A DNA stretch of 58,511 nt, from NCBI RefSeq assembly GCF_004010195.1, contig NC_057719.1, forward strand, positions 24,747,854-24,806,364, read 5' to 3'. The position numbers were made by a program, and so were the translations under genes. The notes beneath the pieces were generated by a model. That model was not told where the DNA came from. It did no database searches and saw only the letters and a list, made by a program, of their open reading frames with translations. How positions within the stretch are numbered: position 1 is the stretch's first letter; every line of letters begins with the position of its first letter. Of this stretch, positions 36,859-48,924 are shown in pieces. The stretch comes from Chiloscyllium plagiosum. Taxonomy: Eukaryota.

Positions 36859-37738
36859 CTAAAGGGAAAATCATGAAGGTTACAAAAAGAATCAATGCAG
36901 ACAATTTCAACAAAATCCAATTAAATTCACAATTATACATCAGCTAAAATGAAAAATTTCATTAATTAGTGTATGCCAAAATATACAAATCACATAAACA
37001 AATAAGCTGAATAAAAGTTGATTGAATCTAAATTTTAAAAATAACAGACTTACAGGCATATTTAGAATTGAGTTTCTGGTATTTATAAATTTGCATACAG
37101 CGTAACTTCAGGGAACTAACAACGAGGTATGTTTTGATTTATTACATAGCTGCGGCAACAATATCAAGAATTCCAATTGCAAATTTTTAAGGCCGTAAGT
37201 TTCAAACAGGATATTCTAGCAAAGGAGAAATAGAAATTGCTTGAGATGCCAAGGTTTTGGGAACTATGGGCTTGGGCTGTAGGCTGGACAACTTGATGTA
37301 GGCCACCGTAGTTTGAATGACATTAACCTCTCTATTTACCTTTGGAAACCAGTAATCATTTGGAATTGGATAGGCCCATTGTACAGTTGTTGCTTTTCTG
37401 TGTATAAGCACATGGAAGCTTTGTTCCTGCTGGTTGTGAACATTTATTTGTAGGATCTGGACAACATGAACAAGGATGGGACAATCTTTAAATTCAAGCA
37501 ATTTAAATTGCAACGTTTTCTGGCTGTTCATGCTTTGGCTATAATTTTTAACTTGTCTTTTTAATTATCTGGGCAGGTGCAGGAAATGGGAGCGTGTCAA
37601 GATCAAAAGTATGCAGCAATTTCCTAGCAGGTACACACAAGATGGGAGTGAAAGTACAGGCTTCCTGCACTGTTGACATGAAATGCTAAATTACCTCTAA
37701 AAGCCTTACATTTCTTCTATAGAAGTATAAAAACTTAC

Positions 37739-37888
37739 TCTTCTGTGCATTCATCTCTACTGGTTGATATTTTACTGATTTACTTCCCCCTATCCTCTTC
37801 AGTCTTGCAAAGAATGTCTGTGGTTCCTTGTTGCAAGCTCCAACCGGTGTATCATGTACATCTGATTCATCAAACACACTATCTTCCT
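37739..37888 (-). CDS. UNC79: UNC79 exon (150 bp, phase 1-1)
   Basis: EEDSVFDESDVHDTPVGACNKEPQTFFARLKRIGGSKSVKYQPVEMNAQK. Acceptor ccttttgccag, donor gtaagt. Confidence 0.95.
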
Positions 37889-38727
37889 CTGGCAAAAGGA
37901 AAAAAAACAAGCATTAAAATACTTTCTAGATCTAAACATTAAAGACAATTCAACAGCTATTCATAATTACATAAGTTGTTTATTGCGACATCAAAAATAA
38001 ATCAGAAGTGTTTCCTTGTTTAAAATGCAGTTTATGTTATTAGAAGCTGCATAGACACCAATATCCAGGGCCATGGACTGATAACATTTGAAAGTGTAAG
38101 TTTCTACATGGCAAATTCCTGATAATATGTAGGGCATGGCTACTTTCCTAAGGAGATGAAAAATAATGTGACATCAAATTAGATAGATTTTTCCAGAAAA
38201 TATTTTGGACTTTGGCAGTTGGGTAATTTGTTCAATGACGAGGGTTTTTTACAATATGTTTGGGAGTTAAAAGTTGAATTTATGCCTGTGGTTCAGATAA
38301 AACTCTCCATCTTAGTGTCATTTCTAGACCACCTGTGCATTAAGTGAACAGATTGGTTGCTGTAATTTGTCAACTACCCCACTATAATTGTATCAGGTAG
38401 GAACCAGAAGCAAAGACAATGGCATAAATCTCTAAGCAAATCATACCCGTGATCTCAACTTGAGAAGGGTGCAGGAGTAAGAAGACATGAAGAGTTAAAG
38501 ACAACAACTAGGCAGGAGGCACGTAATTAACACAAACGTTGAGACTGTAGAGTTCTATAGCGGAACAATCAGTTTTTTTTTACAAAATATGATACCTTCC
38601 TACTTTTAGACTCCAATGTCTATCAACATTAATAAAACATATACACAGAGAAAATGTTATATTCGTTCTTACTTTATAAATATAACAAAAATTAAGAAAA
38701 CGTGTGCTTTACAGCTGTATATCTTAC

Positions 38728-38890
38728 CTTTTTCTTTCTCACTGTATTTGCTAATGTTACTATTATCACTGTAAAGGGGTCCAGCAGTGGGATGGGGCTT
38801 ACAGCTATGGTATTGTGCATTAAGTGTATTGATCGTAATATAGATCAGATGCAATACAATTTTGCTGATATCGGAATCCCTGTAAGGATA
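38728..38890 (-). CDS. UNC79: UNC79 exon (163 bp, phase 0-1)
   Basis: YPYRDSDISKIVLHLIYITINTLNAQYHSCKPHPTAGPLYSDNSNISKYSEKEK. Acceptor ttctttctag, donor gtaaga. Confidence 0.95.
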
Positions 38891-39169
38891 CTAGAAAGAA
38901 AATAAAGAATGTTAGTGCAATATATATCTGGAAGTGATAAAAATGTATTTTAAAACAAACATATCAAATGTTTCTAATACTTTCTTCATTGTAGAGGCTA
39001 CTTGCTTAACTTGCAAGAAGGTCTAACCTCCACATAATTTACATTTGTATAAATTGCTGCCAACACAAATGATTGAGAAACCGTACTCCACAGTTGCCTT
39101 TTCCCACAAAGGTCAATTAGCTTAATGTCTGACAATGGTAAAATGTTATGATCTATTACACAAGATGTA

Positions 39170-40270
39170 ATAGCAGAGCATTTAAAGAAGTATCATAAAA
39201 TCAAGCCCAGTCTGCATGGCTTCATGAAGGGGGAATCATGTGATAAATGTAGTACTGTTCTTTGAGGAGATAACAAGTAGAATAGATAAAGGTAACCAGT
39301 AAATGTAACATATTTAGATTTCTAAAAGGCATTTGACAAGGTGCCACAAAATACTACTTAATAAGATAAAAGCCCATGCTATTGGGAGTAGCGCTTTAGC
39401 ACAGATAGGGAATTGGCTAACTAATAGGAAATAGGGATTTGTATTAAAAGGGACATTTTCAGGATGGTAAACCATAACTAATGGAGTGTAATAGGGATCT
39501 CTGCTGGAGCCACAATTATTTACAATGTGTATCAATGACTTAGGGTGAATGTACTATCCAAGTTTGCAGATGACAACAAAAAAGCTGAGAAGGCATGTCA
39601 TGGAGATGACACAGAGTCTATAGATTAGTGAGCGGGCAGAACTTAGCAGATGAAATAGAATGTGGTAAAAGTGAGGTTGGGCACTTTTGCAGGAAGAACA
39701 GAAGAGTCGAATACTATTTAAATGGGGAAAGAATGCAGAAAACTGGAACTCAAAAGGATTTGGGGGTCCTAGTTAATGAATCACAAAATCTAGTACCAAG
39801 TTCAGCAGGTAATAGGGAAGGCCCTTATTTCAAAGAGAATGGAGTATAAAGATTGCTAGAACTATACATGGCATTAGTCAGACCACACATGGAATATTGT
39901 GAACAGTCTGCTTATCTAACCAAACTTACATTTTGACTTTGGATGCAGTCTACAGTAGGTTCATTAGGCTGATTCTGGGTATGGAGGACTTTCTAATAAG
40001 GTTGAGTAGGTTGGACTTGTAATCATTGGAGATGAGAAAAATGAGAGGAGACCTTATTGAAATATAGAAGACTCCTAGAGAACTTGACAGGGTAAATATG
40101 GAGAGGTTGTTTCTTATGGTAGGAGCATCTAGGACAAGAGGGCACAATTTCAGTGTTAAGGGATTGCTAATTTAAAAAGAGATGAGGATGATTTATTTTT
40201 CTTTCAGACGGTAGTGAATCTATGGAGTTATTTTCCAGATAGGGTTGTAAAGGCTGGATTGTTAAGTATA
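39170..40270 (+). mobile_element. Old CR1 RT to C-terminus fragment
   Basis: HGFMKGES, YLDF*KAFDKVP, KFADDNK, QKDLGVLV, LVRPHMEYC; many stops. Confidence 0.85.
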
Positions 40271-40296
40271 TTATTGACATGGAGGGGTGGCAAAGT

Positions 40297-40380
40297 CAAA
40301 AGTCACAAGACAACAGGTTATAGTCCAACAGATTTATTTGAAATCATATGCTTTTGGACGCTGCTCCTGCATCAGGTGAA
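40297..40380 (-). mobile_element. Fragment of a second Penelope-like terminal-repeat family with decayed hammerhead-like core
   Basis: Minus strand tcacCTGATGcaggagcagcgtccAAAAGcatatg...ttggactataacctg; family resemblance is from memory. Confidence 0.4.
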
Positions 40381-42065
40381 GAATCTGAACTGCCGTCTGG
40401 GCAATTAGAGATCGGCAATAAATGCTGGCCTAATAAATAATATTCACATCCTATGAACTTTTATTGTCAAAACAAATTTGTTAAGATAACAAATTGGGCA
40501 AAGAGCTCATGTATTGTTATATGAGTTAGAAGATCATTAACTTGCTGAATGTTTTCTGCAAATTCATATATATTAAATATCAATGGATGTCATTTGATTT
40601 TGCCATTTCCTCATAGCAATCAGAGGTTATCTGGGCATTCCAAATTGTGAATACTGTAAATTATGCAAGTTGCAATTAAGTATGCAGATATTTGTGTAAA
40701 TAATGTGGGTAAATTCTAAAATGACTGATAATTTATTTCTTCAGTTATTGCTTTAAGAAACCTAGAATTTTGAAATTTGATGGATGCTTTGCAGATGAAA
40801 TCTTTCCAGGAGAAGAATTAACTTCCATAATGTGGAATACTCAAAGGCGGAAAAGCAAGCATCAAAGCCCAAGTCCTGTGATTGTAATGATAATAAAACT
40901 GTCAAGGTGTGCCATTATTACTTTATGAAATGAAAAGCAACCTCAAGTGTCTGTCTGTGTGCAGTTAAACATAGAAATCCTGATGCAGCTGTTGATGATT
41001 CCTTACTCCTTCAAGGGATATACTTTTGAAGTCCTCACAAATGGAAGTCACCTTGAAATCACTGCAGTGATGTACATTATTTCAGCTATAAAAACCATGA
41101 AAAATTACAATTTGTTGAATGAGGAGTAGCTGTATTGTAAGTGGCATACCAAGTCATAAGAAGCGCTGAACAACTCCTCTGGTCCTGAAGGACTAAACTT
41201 AAAATTATGTCCTATCATATCTTTCAACTCCATGACAAAAATACTGTAGAACTTTATAATATTTATTTTTAATTGTAAAAGTGGAAATAACATGAAGTTT
41301 AATCATTTTTGTATGTCCATGTCTTTATTTTCTTTTCAGTAAAAGTACAAAATATGAATGATAAAACTTGTTAGTTACTTCCTGGTCGGCTTTTAGAGTG
41401 AACTCTGCCTTGTGATTGGCTGCTTAATCTGCTTGATATCATCACTGTTGCTGGATGTCAAGGGCCAGGTATTCTTACCTCCAGACACGTTAGAAAGAAA
41501 GTCTGTAGGATTTAAATAGGTTTAATGTTTCGAAGAAGTTTTTGAATAGCCATTTGATTATTTTGGCAATTTCCTGAGTATCTCAAAGACTTCCTAATGT
41601 TATTATATGCTTAATGAATTCTACCCATAACAATACTGGGTGATGTAGCTATGGGGTTAAGGAGGGGATATGGAGGGGTACATGACAGCGAGGGGTTCGG
41701 TGCCCAACTTGACAAAACTAGGCCAATATTTTGAATGGAGGCATACCTAATAATGAGTCCACCTTAGTATTTGTTGGCCTTTGTTCCTTTCTCGGGCTTG
41801 TTTCCAGAGGCAGCAGCCTGGCAGTAGGCCATCTTGCTATGAAATTATTATATACAGACACTGCTAGACAGAATATAGAATCACACATTGCAAACTGGCT
41901 CAACTTATGTTTCTTGCCTTACAGAATGAAAATCCAGGTCCACAGATCCCCTCTAGTTTGTGCCAGAATGAAATTAATGGTGGGAAGGATGAAATCTACA
42001 AAATACAGCTTGTCAGTTCTTCAGTCGCAGATGTCTTCAAGGTCAGCAGAAAGCACAATCACTTT

Positions 42066-42268
42066 CAAGAGTGTGGTGCTGGAAAAACACAGCAGGTTAG
42101 GCAGCATCCCAGGAGCAGAAGAATCAATGTTTCAGGCATAAGCCCTTCATCAGGAAGATGAAGTACTTATGCCCGAAACGTTGATTCTCCTGCTCCTCGG
42201 ATGCTGTGGTTTTCCAGCACCACACTCTTGACTCTGATCTCCAGCATTTGCAGTCCTCACTTTCCCCT
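42066..42268 (+). mobile_element. Short fold-back element, copy 5 (older)
   Basis: Inverted arms; decayed TSD agcacaatcacttt (42052-42065) / agcaccattacttt (42269-42282). Confidence 0.85.
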
Positions 42269-43116
42269 AGCACCATTACTTTGCCACAGATGGTAAAATC
42301 CAGCAAAGGCCTGGTGATGCCAGGCGTTGACTGTAAAACCAACATATCTTAGAAATGAAAGCAGTCTCAGGTCTGGTAAGGATATGCTTCACAAAATTTA
42401 AAAGTTCAAAGGCAGTGAGTTTTAGGTGATGCAGTTAAATAGATCTTCAAAGATGTGACTGCACATGGAAAAGGTGGAAGACAACTCAAGTTCTGGATTT
42501 TGTAATGAAACATCAATTATAGAAGCAAGGAATGGGTTGAAATTGGCTTAACAAGACATTATAAATCAGAGATTGACTATTATAATTCTGTCACCCCCAA
42601 TTATAGGAAGGATGTTAAAGCCACAGGTGCAATGCATCAAATATTCAGTACAACAATGAAGTTTGAAAACTACACTTTTTTGAAAAAAACCAAGCAGTTT
42701 TATTGAAAAAATAGAGCCTTCAAAATTTGATAGGCTTTAAGTTAAAGGATTGCTACTACCTAATTGGAGCAAATCAGTATGAAAGCACAGACAACAAAAA
42801 AAAGGAGGATGTTAGGAAAATAATTTTAAATGGGGAATATGATAATATGGATTGCTTTACCAGCAATAGCCTTTGAGGCAGTTGAAATGGAGATATGTAT
42901 GGAAAATGTAAATATAAAACAGTGAAAGGAAACAGCAGAAAATGATTGGGTGGAGCATGGGGTCTTCTTGAGCAATGTAATTCAATGGTGTAAGGTTTTT
43001 TTCAGGAAAGCTGCACTATTCTGATTAAAAAAGTGATCACCAATATCTTTGAAAAAGGAAAATGCCACATCTATCAAGGTAAACTTTCATGTTACATTAG
43101 TATCACAATATGTAAT

Positions 43117-43787
43117 TATAGAGTCATAGAGTCATAGAGATGTACAGCATGGAAACAGACCCTTCGGTTCAACCTGTCCATGCCGACCAGATATCCCAAC
43201 CCAATCTAGTCCCACCTGCCAGCACCTAGCCCAAATCCCTCCAAACCCTTCCTATTCATATATCCTTCTAAATGCCTCTTAAATGTTGCAATTGTACCAG
43301 CCTCCACCACATCCTCTGGCAGCTCATTCCATACACGTACCATCCTCTGCGTGAAAACGTTGCCCCTTAGGTCTCTTTTATATCTTTCTCCTCTCACCCT
43401 AAACCTATGCCCTCTAGTTNNNNNNNNNNNNNNNNNNNNNNNNNNNNNNNNNNNNNNNNNNNGCAACATGACCTCCCAACTCCTGTACTCAATACACTGA
43501 CCAATAAAGGAAAGCATACCAAATGCCTTCTTCACTATCCTATCTATCTGCGACTCCATTTTCAAGGAGCTATGAACCTGCACTCCAAGGTCTCTTTGTG
43601 CAGCTACACTCCCGAGGACCTTACCATTAAGTGTATAAGTGATGCTAAGATTTGCTTTCCCAAAATGCAGCACCTCGCATTTATCTGAATTAAACTCCAT
43701 CTGCCACTTCTCAGCCCATTGGCCCATCTGGTCCAGATCCTGTTGTAATCTGAGGTAACCCTCTGACTGTCCACTACACCTCCAATT
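43117..43787 (-). mobile_element. Young 5'-truncated CR1 (same family as 7037-9472), with gap
   Basis: LQQDLDQMGQWAEKWQMEFNSDKCEVLHFG...TRGHRFRV; (catagagt)n tail. Confidence 0.95.
43420..43462. other. Assembly gap
   Basis: Run of N inside a CR1. Confidence 1.
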
Positions 43788-44049
43788 GAATTGATCTGAA
43801 AAGCCACTCAGTTGTAAAGCTATCATTAGAGGTCAGAATTACATCCCAAAAAAGTCAAATTAGTCAATACTCAGGGAGCCCCAACCTCATTTATTTTGCA
43901 AAGAACTCATTAATATCTACAAATGTTCACATGGTAAGAGCTACTCCAAAGGCTAGTCAAACAACAGCTTTACATTTTTTTTTATCACCCTAATATTTAA
44001 TATCCCACATCAGTAATTATGGGTATAAAATGTCCCACTGGTGGTATCA

Positions 44050-44385
44050 GAGAATCCTTATAGTGTGGAAGCAGATCACTTACCGTCAAGTCTACACTGA
44101 CCCTCTGAAGAGCATTCCATCCAGACCAACTCCCCTAACCTATCCCTGTAATCCTGAATTTCCCATGGTTAATTTACCTAGCCTACACATCCGTGGACAT
44201 TATGGGCAATTTAACAGGGCCATTCCACCTAACCTGCAATTTGGACTGTGGGAGGAAACTAAAACTCCTTGAGGAAACCCGCAAAGGCATGGGGAAAATG
44301 TGCCAACTCCACACAGTCGCCCAAGACTGGAATTAAACCACAGTTCCTAACACTGTGAGGCTGCAGGTAAACCACTGAGCCACCA
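44050..44385 (-). mobile_element. Older V-SINE
   Basis: Reverse-complement A box (ggtggctcagtggtt), B box and V-domain (gtgtggagttggcaca..gggtttcctc..cctcccacagtccaaa). Confidence 0.8.
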
Positions 44386-45482
44386 TAGAACAATCAAATA
44401 TAGGTACTCGTGTTGAATGTAGTTAGGAGACCTTGTGCCTCAACATTGTCTAGAGTTAATCTGAAGTTTCATTGCTTCAGGTGAAATATCAGTTAGTAAA
44501 TTTTCTGTTGATTACTAGCTATATTCATTGTGTCGACCAATGAATTGATACTCCAACATGCTAGACACCACTTAAAAAAATCTCTGAAGAAAGCAAGGGC
44601 ACAAAGTTACCTTAACTTATAAAATGAAGACTGACCTAGTAGTTTTAACACTAGTTGAAGTACTGAAAGGCAAAGTTTCAAAACTGGACCTGCATCAGGT
44701 GATGAGGGCATTATCACAATGATCTTAAACTCACCAACCTACTTGCTTCAGACATATCTATCAACAACAACATTGGTAGGGATGACTATTGCACAGTTCT
44801 TATGAAGACAAGCCTTGACTTCAGAGTGATGGCACACAACATTTTGTAGTGTAGTACCAGAGAACTGCTTAAGAGCCAGCAAATGACGATGACCCACAGA
44901 AAAATCTGAACAAAAATGGTTGAGCCAACTCCCTCCTGACTTCCAATTGTAAATTATTTATCTACAATTCTACAAAGGGCTTCTCTGAGTTACTAAAGAA
45001 ATGAGAGAATAACACCACCATTGTAAATATTGTTTTGCATGAAAAACTGTCTCCATTTTTCAACTATACCAAAGGCATGTTTTTAACCTAGATCTGCTTT
45101 CAAACAATTTGAAACAAAATATTACGTACAATCATTTAAAGTCACTTAAATAGTTTTAAATCACTGAATAATCAACTGCAAATATCTTGCAAACTACGGC
45201 TGTGATGATTTAGTAAATCACAGTGCTAACATGAAACTGATATTACTTCATGATGTTCAATCAATCTTACTTCAACTTAATCAGTAATCACCAATTTCAT
45301 GATTTAATCTAATGCAGAGAAACTGAATGTTTTGATTATATTTCTGCATCACTAAAGGATTACAATCAAAGAATGTTGTCTTTCTTAAGACAAATTCCAT
45401 AATGCAATCTCTACACGTTATTTGGGATAGGTTATTACCCTAGTCAAGACCCATATTAATTTAGTTGAATACATAGTTATAC

Positions 45483-45665
45483 CTTGTACAGAATCACGAG
45501 CAAAGCCTTCAGCCACATCTGTCGTATATGAGGTTTCAGAGTCCAAAGTGAACAACGTGGGGGTTGTTGAAAGTAATGGCGAAGCTGTGGACAGGTGCAA
45601 TATTTTAGCACTTGCACCACCAGAGGAAGGAGTTGGTTGCCCAGACTAATGTTGTAATCCATAAC
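45483..45665 (-). CDS. UNC79: UNC79 exon (183 bp, phase 0-0)
   Basis: VMDYNISLGNQLLPLVVQVLKYCTCPQLRHYFQQPPRCSLWTLKPHIRQMWLKALLVILYK. Acceptor ttcttgtag, donor gtataa. Confidence 0.95.
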
Positions 45666-46001
45666 CTACAAGAAATGTAACATTAAATATCAAACATTTT
45701 GTGACTACAAAACTGTGAACAAGTCATTTAATCCTGCAACGTAGATTGCCTCCTGTAAATTATCACATATGGCACATCACAGAATTATTCCAAACTATTA
45801 GTTTCATGGTTCCATAATGTAGGAAAACCTAGGATGGCAACTGAAGTGCAACTTTAAGTATTAATTTTGCCTTTTATACTGAAAATCCACATCACAAAAA
45901 AGGAGAATCTTTAATATGAGCACCTTTCAGGAGAAAACATAATTTCAAAGAATATACTAGTTCTGTTTATGAGTAACATCATTGGATCTGAATAACTATA
46001 T

Positions 46002-46145
46002 AAATTGACCATACTAAATTGCCCGTAGTGTTAGGTAAGGGGTAAATGTAGGGGTATGGGTGGGTTTCGCTTCGGCGGGTCGGTGTGGACTTGTTGGGCC
46101 GAAGGGCCTGTTTCCACACTGTAATCTAATCTAATCTAATCTAAT
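46002..46145 (+). mobile_element. 5'-truncated V-SINE (3' half)
   Basis: Closely matches 33930-34079; (taatc)n tail. Confidence 0.9.
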
Positions 46146-46891
46146 CATATTATTTATATATAAAATTAAAGCAGTCTTGGAATCATCAGATCAGCAAACT
46201 GGCTCATCATGCAGCACACAACGCATCTAGGACTGAATCTAGTCTGATTATTAGGCTAAAGTGAGGTCAAGAAGTCAAACCATAGTTGGCAATGGGAATG
46301 GCAGACAAGCAAAGAAAAAAATGAATGACTTATTCAGGATTATACATTGTTCAGACAGCAACTGATCACTGACATAATTGAAGCTATTCGTTTTGGGTAT
46401 CAAACTGGCCTGAACCAGGAGCCACAAAAGGGGTGAGATCACCTTGTTGCCTGCTATACTGCACGCAGCTGCATTAAAGTCAATGAAACTGAACATTTCT
46501 CTCCCGAAATGTCTTATTCTATTTAACTTGCAGGCCCGTGGAATAGGGTGCTCACACCTAACCATAGTGGTGTTTCAAAGCTGTTTTCAAGGGAGATTTA
46601 GCAGAGTATAGATAATGCTGAAAACACTGGATTTGAAGAAAACTACATTCTTCATCACCTTATTATGCTTACACAAGGCATTAAACACCCTTATAAAAAT
46701 TAAGAGGTGCTAGAATAGTGATTGAGTTCAATCATAGCAGTAAAAGAACTAATTTAATTTAATCAAAGACAATTACTACAATTCAACATTTTAATAATGA
46801 TCAGTAAGAGAATTATTTTAGTAAAATTTCTTCAATGTTTTGAGAGAAACAAAACCAAGAATGATTAGCAAGTCTTTCTTTCTTTGTTGAA

Positions 46892-46910
46892 GAGTGCCAT
46901 CTGGTGGTCA
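46892..46910 (-). promoter_or_regulatory. CTCF-like motif
   Basis: Minus strand tgaccaccagatggcactc, a strong match to the CTCF core consensus in non-repeat intron. Confidence 0.55.
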
Positions 46911-48086
46911 GTTCTGCTCACCATCAGGAAGAAGAGAGGTTGCTTATTTCTTACAAATGATGTTAGTTCAGATATGGCACTACTAAAGCACTAGACCATT
47001 AGAGAGCCCGAGATGCTTTTCTGGTCAAGCTAGAGTTATGTAACTGTGAGTGAATTAAGACTATTAATTAACAGACCTCTTCTAAAGGCAGAAATGCAAA
47101 GCTGCATAACTGCAATTTCAGAACATCAGCTTGTTTTTCTTCCACCTTGGTAAAATCAGAGTGGAAGTTGGCTACTTGTAAATCTGTGCCACCTGCTGTG
47201 AAGTGGGCTGACCATGTATTTGAGTTCACCCTAACTTAAGTGACAAGGTTGAGCTGTAGAGGCCAGGAAATGGGGAAGTTGGCTGTTAAAGGAAGAGAAC
47301 CAATGCACTGCTGCAAGGTTTGCAAAGAAAGAAATATACTTTCATTCACTAAAAGCCAATTATTAGCAAAGTTGGAATATTCCTTAACAGAGAATGTCAG
47401 TGTGACCTGAAGAAACATTTAGAGAAGCTGTGAAAGTATTGTTAGATAAAATCCAAGGAAATTAATTAGCAGCCACATTGCTGCCTCTCTCTTTCTCATG
47501 TCAGAGGACATGTTTTAAAGTAAGGCATTATAGAACTCATTCTTTGGACTTCTTCAAGTACTTTAATCAACAAAACCACTTTTGAAAGATTGCTACTGTT
47601 ATTTTATAGGCAAAAGGGAGGGAAAAAGATTGGTCTCCTCTCCAGTTCATTTGTAAGCTTGATTGCAGATTGATTTTTATGTTATGATCATCAGCAAGTT
47701 CTCTAGGGTGCTATCATAATTCCTTAGGCAGCAATAACAGGACTAATGGGAAGTGTAATGTTGTCAGATATTGATCTACTGCATCTGACTCATGTTTTAT
47801 TTGTGTAGTATGTGGAAAGAAAGCCGATTTTTCACAGAGGTATTAGATTTCTTAATAAACAATGTCAGTAAGGTTTGCAGAAAAGTATAGAGCAGTTGTG
47901 AAAGTGTTTTGGGATAAAATCAGAGGAAATTAACTGCAATAATCTTTAAGGAGGAAAACAGCACCTTGATTTTACAACGGCACGTGCATTATAGTTTTAC
48001 AGATTTCTTAATAGATGCAACACCCAGTTCCTTGGCAAATAAACAAAATAAACTAATTTAAACACCATAATAATGACATACTCCAC

Positions 48087-48373
48087 CTGTGCTATTCCGG
48101 CAATAAAAGCATTGAAGCAAGTGGAAGTTCTCATTTTCTGAGGGGCAATCATGAAACACCCCTCCTGCTGGTCATAGCCAAGTAACACATACAGATGCCG
48201 CTTTACTGTATTGAATGCTTTGGCACTGCTGATATCAGTTTCAGCACTGCTTTTATCCTTCGCCATGAATTTCATTAGAACTGTGATTAGCTGATGGACT
48301 GTTTGATGATCAATGCCGGCATCTTCAGGTAAAGGATCCTTAATGATTGCATCATCCTCTGAGGCCTGCTGAC
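48087..48373 (-). CDS. UNC79: UNC79 exon (287 bp, phase 1-0)
   Basis: GQQASEDDAIIKDPLPEDAGIDHQTVHQLITVLMKFMAKDKSSAETDISSAKAFNTVKRHLYVLLGYDQQEGCFMIAPQKMRTSTCFNAFIAGIAQ. Acceptor tattcag, donor gtggag. Confidence 0.95.
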
Positions 48374-48529
48374 CTGAATATAGCAAAAGACCCTATGTTT
48401 AGTTCTCTTAGCTTTTTGTTTTACATTCTCTGCTAACTAATTCAAACGGCAAAAGTAATAGAAATAGTCACTGAGTTGAAATTAAGTAAGAACTGACTCA
48501 TTTAATACTTTTTTTGTGACATGTATCTT

Positions 48530-48920
48530 TACCCTCTCAGGGTATAAACTGATTGCGTACTGCTTTAAATGTTTCTTCAAACATTCTCCAATGTTCTTCA
48601 GTTGTTTCACCCATTAGCAGGTTTTCCCAGTTTACTGTGAACAGTCTATCCCATCTCATTGGTTTATCTGAATCAAAAATTTGAGATACTGATTCATGCT
48701 TTTTGCTTTCAAATGCTACATTGAACTCGATCATGTAATGATCACTATTTGATAAATACTCACACAATTAGATTACTAATTAAATCCAGCTCATTACTCA
48801 TTACTAAATCCAATATTGCTTGTTCCCTTGTTGAATCCAACACATATTGCTGTATGAAACTATCCCAGTCCCACTCTAGTAATTCACTACCTTTATGACA
48901 GGTGCTTATCTGCCTCTCCA
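48530..48920 (-). mobile_element. Old CR1 endonuclease C-terminal fragment; its N-terminal part is probably 51710-51905
   Basis: EYLSNSDHYMIEFNV; the partner fragment reads DIIAITEMWLQD..WEINIPRYKVYRADWEKGRGGGIA. Confidence 0.7.
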
Positions 48921-48924
48921 GTAA

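Noticed and set aside
35570..36940. 456-aa ORF as a standalone single-exon gene
   Set aside because: The ends run into intron; splice sites at 36858 and 35644 join it in frame to neighbouring UNC79 exons.
43420..43462. Apparent internal deletion in the CR1 copy
   Set aside because: Coincides with an N gap that is shorter than the missing consensus sequence; likely a gap-size error.
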